Assembly: GCF_009914755.1 (NCBI RefSeq)
Contig: NC_060933.1
Reading direction: 5' to 3' (one strand)
Length of the DNA stretch: 64,000 bases
Origin: the human T2T-CHM13v2.0 reference genome, Homo sapiens
Numbering within the stretch: position 1 is the first letter of the stretch; every line of letters starts with the position of its first letter. Below the pieces are notes generated by a model. The model was not told the DNA's origin, searched no databases, and saw only the letters and a program-made list of their open reading frames with translations. Shown in pieces: positions 14,501 to 29,700 of this stretch. Position numbers and translations under genes: made by a program.

Positions 14501-17500
14501 GACTCCTTTCCATTCCATTCCATTCCATTCCGGATGATTCCATTCCATTGCATTCCGTTCCATTACATTCCCCTGCACTCGCGTTGATTCCATTCCATTC
14601 CATTCCATTCCATTCAATTCCATTCCATTACAATTCGTTCCATTCCATTCTATTCCGTACCATTCCATTCCATTCCATACCATTCCATTCCATTCCATTC
14701 CATTCCATTCCATTCCGTTCCATTCCGTTCCATTCCATTCCATTCCATTCTATTCGGATTAATTCCATTCCATTCCATTCCATTCTATTCCATTCCATTG
14801 CAATCGAGTTGAATCCATTTCATTTCATTCCATTCCATTCCATTCCATTCCATTCCGTTCCTTTCCATTCCATTCCATTCCATTCTATTCGGGTTAATTC
14901 CATTCCATTCCATTCGATTGCAATCGAGTTGATTCCATTCCATTCCATTCCATTCCATTCCATTCCATTCCATTCCTTTCCATTCCATTACGGATGATTC
15001 CATTCCATTGCATTCCATTCCATTCCATTCCCCTGTACTCAGGTTGATTCCATTCCATTCCATTCCATTCCATTCGATTCCATTCCATTCCCCTGCACTC
15101 GCGTTGATTCCATTCCATTCCATTCCATTCCATTCCATTCCATTCCATTCCATTCGATTCCTTTACATTGCAGTCTTTTCCATTCCATTCCACTCGGGTT
15201 GATTCCATTCTATTAGTTTCCATTCCATTCCATTCCCTTCCATTCCACTCTGGTTGATTCCATTCCTTTCCATTCCACTCGAATACATTCCCTCCTATTC
15301 CACTCGGAACGATTCCATTCCATTCCATTCCATTCCATTCCATTCCATTCCATTCCATTCCATTCCATTCCATTCCGGAAGATTCCATTCCATTGCATTC
15401 CATTCCATTCCATTCCCCTTCACTCGCGTTGATTCCATTGCATTCCATTCTATTCCATTCCATTCCCTTCCTTTCCGTTCCATTCCATTCCATTGCATTC
15501 CATTCCATTCCATTCCATTCCGTTCCGTTCCATTCCATTCCATTCCATTCCATTCGGGTTAATTCCATTCCATTCCATTCGATTGCAATCAAGTTGATTC
15601 CATTCCATTCCATTCCATTCCATTCCATTCCTTTCCATTCCATTACGGATAATTCCATTCCATTGCATTCCATTCCATTCCATTCCCCTGTACTCGGGTT
15701 GATTCCATTCCATTCCATTCCAATCCATGCCATTCCACTTGTGTTGATTCCATTCTTTCCATTCCATTCAAGTTGAATCCATTCCATTACATTACATTCC
15801 ATTCGATTCCGTTCGATTGCACTCGGGTTGATTCCATTCCATTGCATTCCATTCCATTCCATTCCATTCCATTCCATTCCATTCCGTTCCATTCCATTCC
15901 ATTACATTCGGATTGATTCTATTCAATTCCCTTACACTCCATTACATTCCATTCCATTCGGGTAGTTTCCATTCCATTCCATTCCATTCCTCTCCATTCC
16001 ATTGAACTCGGGTTGATTCCATTCCATTGCATTCCATTCCATTCCATTCCATTCCATACCGTTCCATTCCATTCCATTACATTCGGATTGATTCTATTCA
16101 ACTCCCTTAGTCTCCTTTACATTCCATTCCATTCGGGTTGTTCCATTCCATTCCATTCCATTCCACTCCATTCCATTGCACTCGGGTTTCTTCCATTCCA
16201 TTCCATTCCATTCCATTCCATTCCATTCCATTCCATTCCGGAAGATTCCATTCCATTGCATTCCATTCCATTCCATTCCATTCCATTCCATTCCATTCCA
16301 TTCGGGAAGATTCCATTCCATTGCATTCCATTCCATTCCATTCCCCTGCACTCGCGTTGATTCCATTCCATTCCATTCCATTCCATTCCATTCCATTCCT
16401 TTCCGTTCCATTCCATTCCATTCCATTCCATTCCAAACCATTCCATTCCGTTCCGTTCCGTTCCATTCCCTTCCATTCCATTCTATTCGGGTTAATTCCA
16501 TTCCATTCCATTCCATTGCAATCGAGTTGATTCCATTCCATTCCATTCCATTCCATTCCATTCCTTTCCATTCCATTACGGATGATTCCATTCCATTGCA
16601 TTCCATTCCATTCCATTCCTCTGTACTCGGGTTGATTCCATTCCATTCCATTCCAATCCATGCCATTCCACTCGTGTTGATTCCATTCTTTCCATTCCAT
16701 TCAAGTTGAATCCATTCCATTGCATTCCATTCCATTCCATTCCCCTGCAGTCGGGTTGTTTCCATTCCATTCCATTCCATTCCATTCCATTCCATTCCAT
16801 TCCATTCCATTCCATTCCGTTCCATTCCATTCCATTCCATTCTATTCCGGTTAATTCCATTCCATTCAATTCCATTCCATTCCATTCCATTCCATTCCAG
16901 TCGAGTTGATTCCATTCCATTCCATTCCATTCCATTCCACTCCATTCCAGTCCTTTCCATTCCATTCCACTCGGGTTAATTCCAATGTATTCCTTTGCAT
17001 TCCATTCCATTCCATTGCAATCGAGTTGATTCCATTGCGTTGCATTCCATTCCATTCCATTCCATTCCGGATTATTCCATTCCATTGCATTCCATTCCAT
17101 TCCATTCCATTCCATTCCATTCCATTCCATTTCGTTCCATTCCATTCCATTACATTCGGATTGATTCTATTCAACTCCCTTACTCTCCATTACATTCCAT
17201 TCCATTCGGGTTGTTCCATTCCATTCCATTCCATTCCACTCCATTCCATTGCACTCGGGTTGATTCCATTGCATTCCATTCCATTCCATTCCATTCCATT
17301 CCATTCCATTCCGTTCCATTCCATTCCATTCCATTCGGGTTAATTCCATTCCATTCCATTCCATTCCATTCCATTCCAATCGAGTTGATTCCATTCCATT
17401 CCATTCCATTCCATTCCACTCCATTCCGGATGATTCCATTCCATTGCATTCCATTCCATTCCATTCCCCTGCACTCGGGTTGATTCCATTCCATTCCACT

Positions 17501-20500
17501 CCATTCCGTTCCATTCCATTCCATTCCATTGTATTCGGGTTAATTCCATTCCATTCCATTCCATTCCATTCCATTCCATTCCATTACAATCGAGTTGATT
17601 CCATTCCATTCCATTCCATTCCAGTCCTTTCCATTCCATTCCACTCGGGTTGATTCCATTCTATTAGTTTCCATTCCATTCCATTCCCTTCCATTCCACT
17701 CTGGTTGATACCATTCCTTTCCATTCCACTCGAATACATTCCCTCCTATTCCACTCGGAACGATTCCATTCCATTCCATTCCATTCCATTCCATTCCATT
17801 CCATTCCATTCCATTACATTCCAATCGAGTTGATTCCATTCCATTCCATTCCATTCCACTCCATTCCAGTCCTTTCCATTCCAATCCACTCGGGTTGATT
17901 CCAATATATTCCTTTCCAATCCATTCCATTCCATTGCAATCGAGTTGATTCCATTGCTTTGCATTCCATTCCATTCCATTCCATTCCGGATGATTCCATT
18001 CCATTGCATTCCGTTCCATTCCATTCCCCTGCACTCGGGTTGATTCCATTCCATTCCACTCCATTCCGTTCCATTCCATTCCATTGCATTGTATTTGGGT
18101 TAATTCCATTCCATTCCATTCCATTCCATTCCATTCCATTCCATTACAATCGAGTTGATTCCATTCCATTCCATTCCGTTCCAGTCCTTTCCATTCCATT
18201 CCTCTCGGGTTGATTCCATTCTATTAGTTTCCATTCCATTCCATTCCCTTCAATTCCACTCAGGTTGTTTCCATTCCTTTCCATTCCACTCGAATACATT
18301 CCCTCCTATTCCACTCGGAACGATTCCATTCCATTCCATTCCATTCCATTCCATTCCATTCCATTCCATTCCACTCCATTCCATTCCATTCCATTCCATT
18401 TCGTTCCATTCCATTCTATTCCGTATCATTCCATTCCATTCCATTACATTCCATTCCATTCCATTCCATTGTACTCGGGTTGATTCAATTCCATTGCATT
18501 CCATTCCATTCCATTCCATTCCCTTCCGTTGCATTCCATTCCATTACATTCGGATTGATTCTATTCAACTCCCTTACTCTCCATTACATTCCATTCCATT
18601 CGGGTTGTTCCATTCCATTCCATTCCATTCCACTCCATTCCATTGCACTCGGGTTGATTCCATTCCATTCCATTCCATTCCATTCCATTCCGGATGATTC
18701 CATTCCATTACATTCCGTTCCATTACATTCCCCTGCACTCGCGTTGATTCCATTCCATTCCATTCCTTTCCATTCAATAACATTCCATTACAATTCGTTC
18801 CATTCCATTCTATTCCGTACCATTCCATTCCATTCCATACCATTCCATTCCATTCCGTTCCGTTCCATTCCGTTCCATTCCATTCCATTCCATTCTATTC
18901 GAATTAATTCCATTCCATTCCATTCCATTCCATTCTATTCCATTCCATTGCAATCGAGTTGAATCCATTGCATTTCATTCCATTCCATTCCATTCCGGAA
19001 GATTCCATTCCATTGCATTCCATTCCATTCCATTCCCCTGCACTCGCGTTGATTCCATTCCATTCCATTCCATTCCATTCCATTCCGTTCCGTTCCATTC
19101 CATTCCATTCCATTCCATTCCATTCCGTTCTGTTCCATTCCATTCCATTCCATTCTATTCGTGTTAATTCCATTCCATTCCATTCGATTACAATCGAGTT
19201 GATTCCATTCCATTCCATTCCATTCCATTCCATTCCATTCCATTCCTTTCCATTCCATTACGGATGATTCCATTCCATTGCATTCCATTCCATTCCATTC
19301 CCCTGTACTCGGGTTGATTCCATTCCATTCCATTGCAATCCATGCCATTCCACTCGTGTTGATTCCATTCTTTCCATTCCATTCAAGTTGAATCCATTCC
19401 ATTGCATTCCATTCCATTCCATTCCCCTGCAGTCGGGTTGATTCCATTCCATTCCATTCCATTCCATTCCATTCCGTTCCATTCCATTCCATTCCATTCC
19501 ATTCGGGTTAATTCCATTCCATTCCATTCCATTCCATTCCAATCGAGTTGATTCCATTCCATTCCATTCCATTCCATTCCACTCCATTCCGGATGATTCC
19601 ATTCCATTGCATTCCATTCCCCTGCACTCGGGTTGATTCCATTCCATTCCACTCCATTCCGTTCCATTCCATTCCATTCCATTGTATTCGGGTTAATTCC
19701 ATTCCATTCCATTCCATTCCATTCCATTCCATTACAATCGAGTTGATTCCATTCCATTCCATTCCATTCCAGTCCTTTCCATTCCATTCCACTCGGGTTG
19801 ATTCCATTCTATTAGTTTCCATTCCATTCCATTCCCTTCCATTCCACTCTGGTTGATACCATTCCTTTCCATTCCACTCGAATACATTCCCTCCTATTCC
19901 ACTCGGAACGATTCCATTCCATTCCATTCCATTCCATTCCATTCCATTCCATTACATTCCATTACATTCCAATCGAGTTGATTCCATTCCATTCCATTCC
20001 ATTCCATTCCACTCCATTCCAGTCCTTTCCATTCCATTCCACTCGGGTTGATTCCAATATATTCCTTTCCATTCCATTCCATTCCATTGCAATCGAGTTG
20101 ATTCCATTGCTTTGCATTCCATTCCATTCCATTCCATTCCGGATGATTCCATTCCATTGCATTCCGTTCCATTCCATTCCCCTGCACTCGGGTTGATTCC
20201 ATTCCATTCCACTCCATTCCGTTCCATCCCATTCCATTGCATTGTATTTGGGTTAATTCCATTCCATTCCATTCCATTCCATTCCATTCCATTCCATTAC
20301 AATCGAGTTGATTCCATTCAATTCCATTCCGTTCCAGTCCTTTCCATTCCATTCCTCTCGGGTTGATTCCATTCTATTAGTTTCCATTCCATTCCATTCC
20401 CTTCAATTCCACTCAGGTTTTTTCCATTCCTTTCCATTCCACTCGAAAACATTCCCTCCTATTCCACTCGGAACGATTCCATTCCATTCCATTCCATTCC

Positions 20501-22863
20501 ATTCCATTCCATTCCATTTCGTTCCTTTCCATTCTATTCCGTATCATTCCATTCCATTCCATTCCATTCCATTCCATTCCATTCCATTCCATTCCAATCC
20601 ATGCCATTCCACTCGTGTTGATTCCATTCTTTCCATTCCATTCAAGATGAATCCATTCCATTGCATTCCATTCCATTCCATTCCATTCCATTCCATTCCA
20701 TTCCATTCCATTCGGTTCCATTCCATTACATTCGGATTGATTCTTTTCAACTCCCTTACTCTCCATTACATTCCATTCCATTCGGATTGTTCCATTCCAT
20801 TCCATTCCATTCCACTCCATTCCATTGCACTCGGGTTGATTCCATTCCATTCCATTGCATTCCATTCCATTCCATTCCTTTCCATTCCAGTCCTTTCCAT
20901 TCCATTCCACTCGGGTTGATTCCATTCTATTAGTTTCCATTCCATTCCATTCCCTTCCATTCCACTCTGGTTGATTCCATTCCTTTCCATTCCACTAGAA
21001 TACATTCCCTCCTATTCCAATCGGAACGATTCCATTCCATTCCATTCCATTCCATTCCATTCCATTCCATTCCATTCCATTCCATTCCATTCCATTTCGT
21101 TCCATTCCATTCTATTCCGTATCATTCCATTCCATTCCATTCCATTCCATTCCATTCCATTCCATTCCACTCGTGTTGATTTCATTCCTTTCCATTCCAT
21201 TCGGTTTGAAGGCATTCCATTCCATTCCATTCCATTCCATTCCATTCCATTCCATTCCATTCCATTCCATTCCATTCCATTGTACTCGGGTTGATTCCAT
21301 TCCATTGCATTCCATTCCATTCCATTGCATTCCATTCCGTTGCATTCCATTCCATTACATTCGGATTGATTCTATTCAACTCCCTTACTCTCCATTACAT
21401 TCCATTCCATTCGGGTTGTTCCATTCCATTCCATTCCATTCCACTCCATTCCATTGCACTCGGATTGATTCCATTCCATTCCATTCCATTCCATTCCATT
21501 CCATTCCATTCCGGATGATTCCATTCCATTGCATTCCGTTCCATTACATTCCCCTGCACTCGCGTTGATTCCATTCCATTCCATTCCATTCCATTCAATT
21601 CCATTCCATTACAATTCGTTCCATTCCATTCTATTCCGTACCATTCCATTCCATTCCATACAATTCCATTCCATTCCATTCCATTCCATTCCATTCCGTT
21701 CCATTCCGTTCCATTCCATTCCATTCCATTCTATTCGGGTTAATTCCATTCCATTCCATTCCATTCCATTCCACTCTATTCCATTCCATTGCAATCGAGT
21801 TGAATCCATTGCATTTCATTCCATTCCATTCCATTCCATTCCGGAAGATTCCATTCCATTGCATTCCATTCCATTCCATTCCCCTGCACTCGCGTTGATT
21901 CCATTCCATTCCATTCCATTCCATTCCATTCCATTCCGTTCCGTTCCGTTCCATTCTATTCCATTCCATTCCATTCCTTCCGTTCCGTTCCATTCCATTC
22001 CATTCCATTCTATTCGGGTTAATTCCATTCCATTCCATTCGATTGCAATCGAGTTGATTCCATTCCATTCCATTCCATTCCGTTCCGTTCCATTCCATTC
22101 CTTTCCATTCCATTACGGATGATTCCATTCCATTGCATTCCATTCCATTCCATTCCCCTGTACTCGGGTTGATTCCATTCCATTCCATTCCAATCCATGC
22201 CATTCCACTCGTGTTGATTCCATTCTTTCCATTCCATTCAAGTTGAATCCATTCCATTGCATTCCATTCCATTCGATTCCATTCGATTGCACTCGGGTTG
22301 ATTCCATTCCATTGCATTCCATTCCATTCCATTCCATTCCATTCCATTCCGTTCCATTCCATTTCATTACATTCAGATTGATTCTATTCAATTCCCTTAC
22401 ACTCCATTATATTCCAATCCATTCTGGTTGTTTCCATTCCATTCCATTCCATTTCACACCATTCCATTGCACTCGGGTTGATTCCATTCCATTCCATTCC
22501 ATTGCATTCCATTCCATTCCATTCCAGATGATTCCATTCCATTGCATTCCTTTCCATTCCATTCCCCTGCACTCGGGTTGATTCCATTCCATTCCATTCC
22601 ATTAGATTCCGTTCCATTCCATTCCATTCCATTCGGATTGATTCTATTCAATTCCCTTACACTCCATTACATTCCATTCCATTCGGGTAGTTTCCATTCC
22701 ATTCCATTCCATTCCTCTCCATTCCATTGCACTCGGGTTGATTCCATTCCATTCAATTCCATTCCATTCCATTACGTTACATTACATTCCGTTCCATTGT
22801 ACTCGGGTTGATTCCATTCCATTGCATTCCATTCCATTCCATTCCATTCCATTCCATTCCATT
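11535..22863 (+). repeat. Irregular ~11.4-kb higher-order repeat, copy 2
   Basis: Same module order as copy 1 over ~11.5-14.8 kb and ~17.3-22.9 kb. The middle (~14.8-17.3 kb) differs from copy 1. Confidence 0.78.
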
Positions 22864-25800
22864 CTATTCGGTTTAATTCCATTCCATTCCATTCCATTCC
22901 ATTCCTTTCGATTCCATTCCATTGCAATCGAGTTGAATCCATTGCATTCCATTCCATTCCATTCCATTCCATTCCGGAAGATTCCATTCCATTGCATTCC
23001 ATTCCATTCCATTCCATTCCATTCCATTCCATTCCATTCCGTTCCATTCCGTTGCATTCCATTCCATTACATTCGGATTGATTCTATTCAACTCCCTTAC
23101 TCTCCATTACATTCCATTCCATTTGGGTTGTTCCATTCCATTCCATTCCATTCCACTCCATTCCATTGCACTCGGGTTGATTCCATTCCATTCCATTCCA
23201 TTACATTCCATTCCGGATGATTCCATTCCATTGCATTCCGTTCCATTACATTCCCCTGCACTCTCGTTGATTCCATTCCATTCCATTCAATTCCATTCAA
23301 TTCCATTCCATTACAATTCGTTCCATTCCATTCTATTCCGTACCATTCCATTCCATTCCATACCATTCCATTCCATTCCATTCCATTCCATTCCGTTCCA
23401 TTCCGTTCCATTCCATTCCATTCCATTCTATTCGGGTTAATTCCATTCCATTCCATTCCATTCCATTCTATTCCATTCCATTGCAATCGAGTTGAATCCA
23501 TTGCATTTCATTCCATTCCATTCCATTCCATTCCATTCCGGAAGATTCCATTCCATTGCATTCCATTCCATTCCATTCCCCTGCACTCGCGTTGATTCCA
23601 TTCCATTCCATTCCATTCCATTCCATTCCATCCATTCCGTTCCGTTCCGTTCCATTCCATTCCATTCCATTCCATTCCATTCCGTTCCGTTCCATTCCAT
23701 TCCATTCCATTCTATTCGTGTTAATTCCATTCCATTCCATTCGATTGCAATCGAGTTGATTCCATTCCATTCCATTCCATTCCATTCCATTCCTTTCCAT
23801 TCCATTACGGATGATTCCATTCCATTGCATTCCATTCCATTCCATTCCCCTGTACTCGGGTTGATTCCATTCCATTCCATTCCCATCCATGCCATTCCAC
23901 TCGTGTTGATTCCATTCTTTCCATTCCATTCAAGTTGAATCCATTCCATTGCATGCCATTCCTTTCGATTCCATTCGATTGCACTCGGGTTGATTCCATT
24001 CCATTGCATTCCATTCCATTCCATTCCATTCCATTCCATTCCGTTCCATTCCATTCCATTGCATTCGGATTGATTCTATTCAATTCCCTTCCACTCCATT
24101 ACATTCCATTCCATTCGGGTAGTTTCCATTCCATTCCATTCCATTCCTCTCCATTCCATTGCACTCGGATTGATTCCATTCCATTGCATTCCATTCCGTT
24201 GCATTCAATTCCATTCAGTTCCATTCCATTCCATTACATTCGGATTGATTCTATTCAACTCCCTTACTCTCCATTACATTCCATTCCATTCGGGTTGTTC
24301 CATTCCATTCCATTCCATTCCACTCCATTCCATTGCACTCGGGTTGATTCCATTCCATTCCATTCCATTCCATTCCATTCCATTCCATTCCGGAAGATTT
24401 CATTCAATTGCATTCCATTCCATTCCATTCCCCTGCACTCGCGTTTATTCCATTCCATTCCATTCCGTTCCATTCCATTCCATTCCATTCCGTTCCATTC
24501 CATTCCATTCCATTCCATACCAATCCATTCCATTCCGTTCCGTTCCGTTCCATTCCATTCCATTCCATTCTATTCGGGTTAATTCCATTCCATTCCATTC
24601 GATTGCAATCGAGTTGATTCCATTCCATTCTATTCCATTCCATTCCATTCCTTTCCATTCCATTACGGATGATTCCATTCCATTGCATTCCATTCCATTC
24701 CATTCCCCTGTACTCGGGTTGATTCCATTCCATTCCATTCCAATCCATGCCATTCCACTCGTTTTGATTCCATTCTTTCCATTCCATTCAAGTTGAATCC
24801 ATTCCATTGCATTCCATTCCATTCCATTACCCTGCAGTCGGGTTGATTCCATTCCATTCCATTCCATTCCATTCCATTCCATTCCATTCCATTCCGTTCC
24901 GTTCCATTCCATTACATTCCATTCTATTCGGGTTAATTCCATTCCATTCCATTCCATTCCATTCCAATCGAGTTGATTCCATTCCATTCCATTCCATTCC
25001 ATTCCACTCCATTCCAGTCCTTTCCATTCCATTCCACTCGGGTTGATTCCAATGTATTCCTTTCCATTCCATTCCATTCCATTGCAATCGAGTTGATTCC
25101 ATTGGTTTGCATTCCATTCCATTCCATTCCATTCCGGATGATTCCATTCCATTGCATTCCATTCCATTCCATTCCCCTACACTCGGGTTGATTCCATTCC
25201 ATTCCACTCCATTCCGTTGCATTCCATTCCATTCCATTGTATTCAGGTTTATTCCATTCCATTCCATTCCATTCCATTCCATTCCATTACAATCGAGTTG
25301 ATTCCATCCCATTCCATTCCATTCCAGTCCTTTCCATTCCATTCCACTCGGGTTGATTCCATTCTATTAGTTTCCATTCCATTCCATTCCCTTCCATTCC
25401 ACTCTGGTTGATACCATTCCTTTCCATTCCACTCGAATACATTCCCTCCTATTCCACTCGGAACGATTCCATTCCATTCCATTCCATTCCATTCCATTCC
25501 ATTCCATTCCATTCCATTCCATTTCGTTCCATTCCATTCTATTCCGTATCATTCCATTCCATTCCATTCCATTGTACTCGGGTTGATTCCATTCCATTGC
25601 ATTCCATTCCATTCCATTCCGTTGCATTCCATTCCATTACATTCGGATTGATTCTATTCAACTCCCTTACTTTCCATTACATTCCACTCCATTCGGGTTG
25701 TTCCATTCCATTCCATTCCATTCCACTCCATTCCATTGCACTGGGGGTGACTCCATTCCATTCCATTCCATTCCATTCCGGATGATTCCATTCCATTGCA

Positions 25801-26700
25801 TTCCATTCCATTACATTCCCCTGCACTCGCGTTGATTCCATTCCATTCCATTCCATTCCATTCAATTCGATTCCATTACAATTCGTTCCATTCCATTCTA
25901 TTCCGTACCATTCCATTCCATTCCATACCATTCCATTCCATTCCATTCCATTCCATTCCGTTCCATTCCGTTCCATTCCATTCCATTCCATTCTATTCGG
26001 ATTAATTCCATTCCATTCCATTCCGTTCTATTCCATTCCATTGCAATCGAGTTGAATACATTGCATTTCATTCCATTCCATTCCATTCCATTCCATTCCG
26101 TAAGATTCCATTCCATTGCATTCCATTCCATTCCATTCCCCTGCACTCGCGTTGATTCCGTTCCATTCCATTCCATTCCATTCCATTCCATTCCATTCCA
26201 TTCCATTCCGTTCCTTTCCATTCCATTCCATTCCATTCTATTCGGGTTAATTCCATTCCATTCCATTCGATTGCAATCGAGTTGATTCCATTCCATTCCA
26301 TTCCATTCCATTCCATTCCATTCCATTCCATTCCATTCCTTTCCATTCCATTACGGATGATTCCATTCCATTGCATTCCATTCCATTCCATTCCCCTGTA
26401 CTCGGGTTGATTCCATTCCATTCCATTCCAATCCATGCCATTCCACTCGTGTTGATTCCATTCTTTCCATTCCATTCAAGTTGAATCCATTCCATTGCAT
26501 TCCATTCCATTCGATTCCATTCGATTGCACTCGGGTTGATTCCATTCCATTGCATTCCATTCCATTCCATTCCATTCCATTCTGTTCCATTCCATTCCAT
26601 TACATTCGGATTGATTCTATTCAATTCCCTTACACTCCATTACATTCCATTCCATTCGGGTAGTTTCCATTCCATTCCATTCCATTCCTCTCCATTCCAT
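22864..26700 (+). repeat. Near-identical copy of positions ~7-3900 (offset ~22,857 bp); start of HOR copy 3
   Basis: Identical ORF peptides at offset 22857 (221..583/23078..23440, 580..1197/23437..24054). Shared variants include gtgttaat 861/23718, ggaagatttcattcaa 1535/24392 and cgtaagatt 3232/26099. Confidence 0.9.
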
Positions 26701-29700
26701 TGCACTCGGGTTGATTCCATTCCATTGCATTCCATTCCATTCCATTAAATTCCGTTCCGTTCCATTCCATTCCATTACATTCGGATTGATTCTATTCAAC
26801 TCCCTTACTCTCCATTACATTCCATTCCATTCGGGTTGTTCCATTCCATTCCATTCCATTCCACTCCATTCCATTGCACTCGGGTTGATTCCATTCCATT
26901 CCATTCCATTCCATTCCATTCCGGAAGATTCCATTCCATTGCATTCCATTCCATTCCATTCCCCTTCACTCGCGTTGATTCCATTCCATTCCATTCTATT
27001 CCATTCCATTCCCTTCCTTTCCGTTCCATTCCATTCCATTCCATTCCATTCCATTCCGTTCCGTTCCATTCCATTCCATTCCATTCTATTCGGGTTAATT
27101 CCATTCCATTCCATTCGATTGCAATCGAGTTGATTCCATTCCATTCCATTCCATTCCATTCCATTCCTTTCCATTCCATTACGGATAATTCCATTCCATT
27201 GCATTCCATTCCATTCCATTCCCCTGTACTCGGGTTGATTCCATTCCATTCCATTCCAATCCATGCCATTCCACTTGTGTTGATTCCATTCTTTCCATTC
27301 CATTCAAGTTGAATCCATTCCATTACATTCCATTCCATTCGATTCCGTTCGATTGCACTCGGGTTGATTCCATTCCATTGCATTCCATTCCATTCCATTC
27401 CATTCCATTCCATTCCATTCCGTTCCATTCCATTCCATTACATTCGGATTGATTCTATTCAATTCCCTTACACTCCATTACATTCCATTCCATTCGGGTA
27501 GTTTCCATTCCATTCCATTCCATTCCTCTCCATTCCATTGAACTCGGGTTGATTCCATTCCATTGCATTCCATTCCATTCCATTCCATTCCATTCCGTTC
27601 CATTCCATTCCATTACATTCGGATTGATTCTATTCAACTCCCTTAGTCTCCTTTACATTCCATTCCATTCGGGTTGTTCCATTCCATTCCATTCCATTCC
27701 ACTCCATTCCATTGCACTCGGGTTTCTTCCATTCCATTCCATTCCATTCCATTCCATTCCATTCCGGAAGATTCCATTCCATTGCATTCCATTCCATTCC
27801 ATTCCATTCCATTCCATTCCATTCCGGAAGATTCCATTCCATTGCATTCCATTCCATTCCATTCCCCTACACTCGCGTTGATTCCATTCCATTCCATTCC
27901 ATTCCATTCCATTCCATTCCATTCCATTCCTTTCCGTTCCATTCCATTCCATTCCATTCCATTCCAATCCATTCCATTCCGTTCCGTCCCGTTCCATTCC
28001 ATTCCATTCCATTCTATTCGGGTTAATTCCATTCCATTCCATTCCATTGCAATCGAGTTGATGCCATTCCATTCCATTCCATTCCATTCCATTCCATTCC
28101 TTTCCTTTCCATTCCATTACGGATGATTCCATTCCATTGCATTCCATTCCATTCCATTCCCCTGTACTCGGGTTGATTCCATTTCATTCCATTCCCATCC
28201 ATGCCATTCCACTCGTGTTGATTCCATTCTTTCCATTCCATTCAAGTTGAATCCATTCCATTGCATGCCATTCCTTTCGATTCCATTCGATTGCACTCGG
28301 GTTGATTCCATTCCATTGCATTCCATTCCATTCCATTCCATTCCATTCCATTCCGTTCCATTCCATTCCATTGCATTCGGATTGATTCTATTCAATTCCC
28401 TTCCACTCCATTACATTCCATTCCATTCGGGTAGTTTCCATTCCATTCCATTCCATTCCTCTCCATTCCATTGCACTCGGATTGATTCCATTCCATTGCA
28501 TTCCATTCCGTTGCATTCAATTCCATTCAGTTCCATTCCATTCCATTACATTCGGATTGATTCTATTCAACTCCCTTACTCTCCATTACATTCCATTCCA
28601 TTCGGGTTGTTCCATTCCATTCCATTCCATTCCACTCCATTCCATTGCACTCGGGTTGATTCCATTCCATTCCATTCCATTCCATTCCATTCCATTCCAT
28701 TCCATTCCGGAAGATTTCATTCAATTGCATTCCATTCCATTCCATTCCCCTGCACTCGCGTTTATTCCATTCCATTCCATTCCGTTCCATTCCATTCCAT
28801 TCCATTCCGTTCCATTCCATTCCATTCCATTCCATACCAATCCATTCCATTCCGTTCCGTTCCGTTCCATTCCATTCCATTCCATTCTATTCGGGTTAAT
28901 TCCATTCCATTCCATTCGATTGCAATCGAGTTGATTCCATTCCATTCTATTCCATTCCATTCCATTCCTTTCCATTCCATTACGGATGATTCCATTCCAT
29001 TGCATTCCATTCCATTCCATTCCCCTGTACTCGGGTTGATTCCATTCCATTCCATTCCAATCCATGCCATTCCACTCGTTTTGATTCCATTCTTTCCATT
29101 CCATTCAAGTTGAATCCATTCCATTGCATTCCATTCCATTCCATTACCCTGCAGTCGGGTTGATTCCATTCCATTCCATTCCATTCCATTCCATTCCATT
29201 CCATTCCATTCCATTCCGTTCCGTTCCATTCCATTACATTCCATTCTATTCGGGTTAATTCCATTCCATTCCATTCCATTCCATTCCAATCGAGTTGATT
29301 CCATTCCATTCCATTCCATTCCATTCCACTCCATTCCAGTCCTTTCCATTCCATTCCACTCGGGTTGATTCCAATGTATTCCTTTCCATTCCATTCCATT
29401 CCATTGCAATCGAGTTGATTCCATTGGTTTGCATTCCATTCCATACCATTCCATTCCGGATGATTCCATTCCATTGCATTCCATTCCATTCCATTCCCCT
29501 ACACTCGGGTTGATTCCATTCCATTCCACTCCATTCCGTTGCATTCCATTCCATTCCATTGTATTCAGGTTAATTCCATTCCATTCCATTCCATTCCATT
29601 CCATTCCATTACAATCGAGTTGATTCCATCCCATTCCATTCCATTCCAGTCCTTTCCATTCCATTCCACTCGGGTTGATTCCATTCTATTAGTTTCCATT

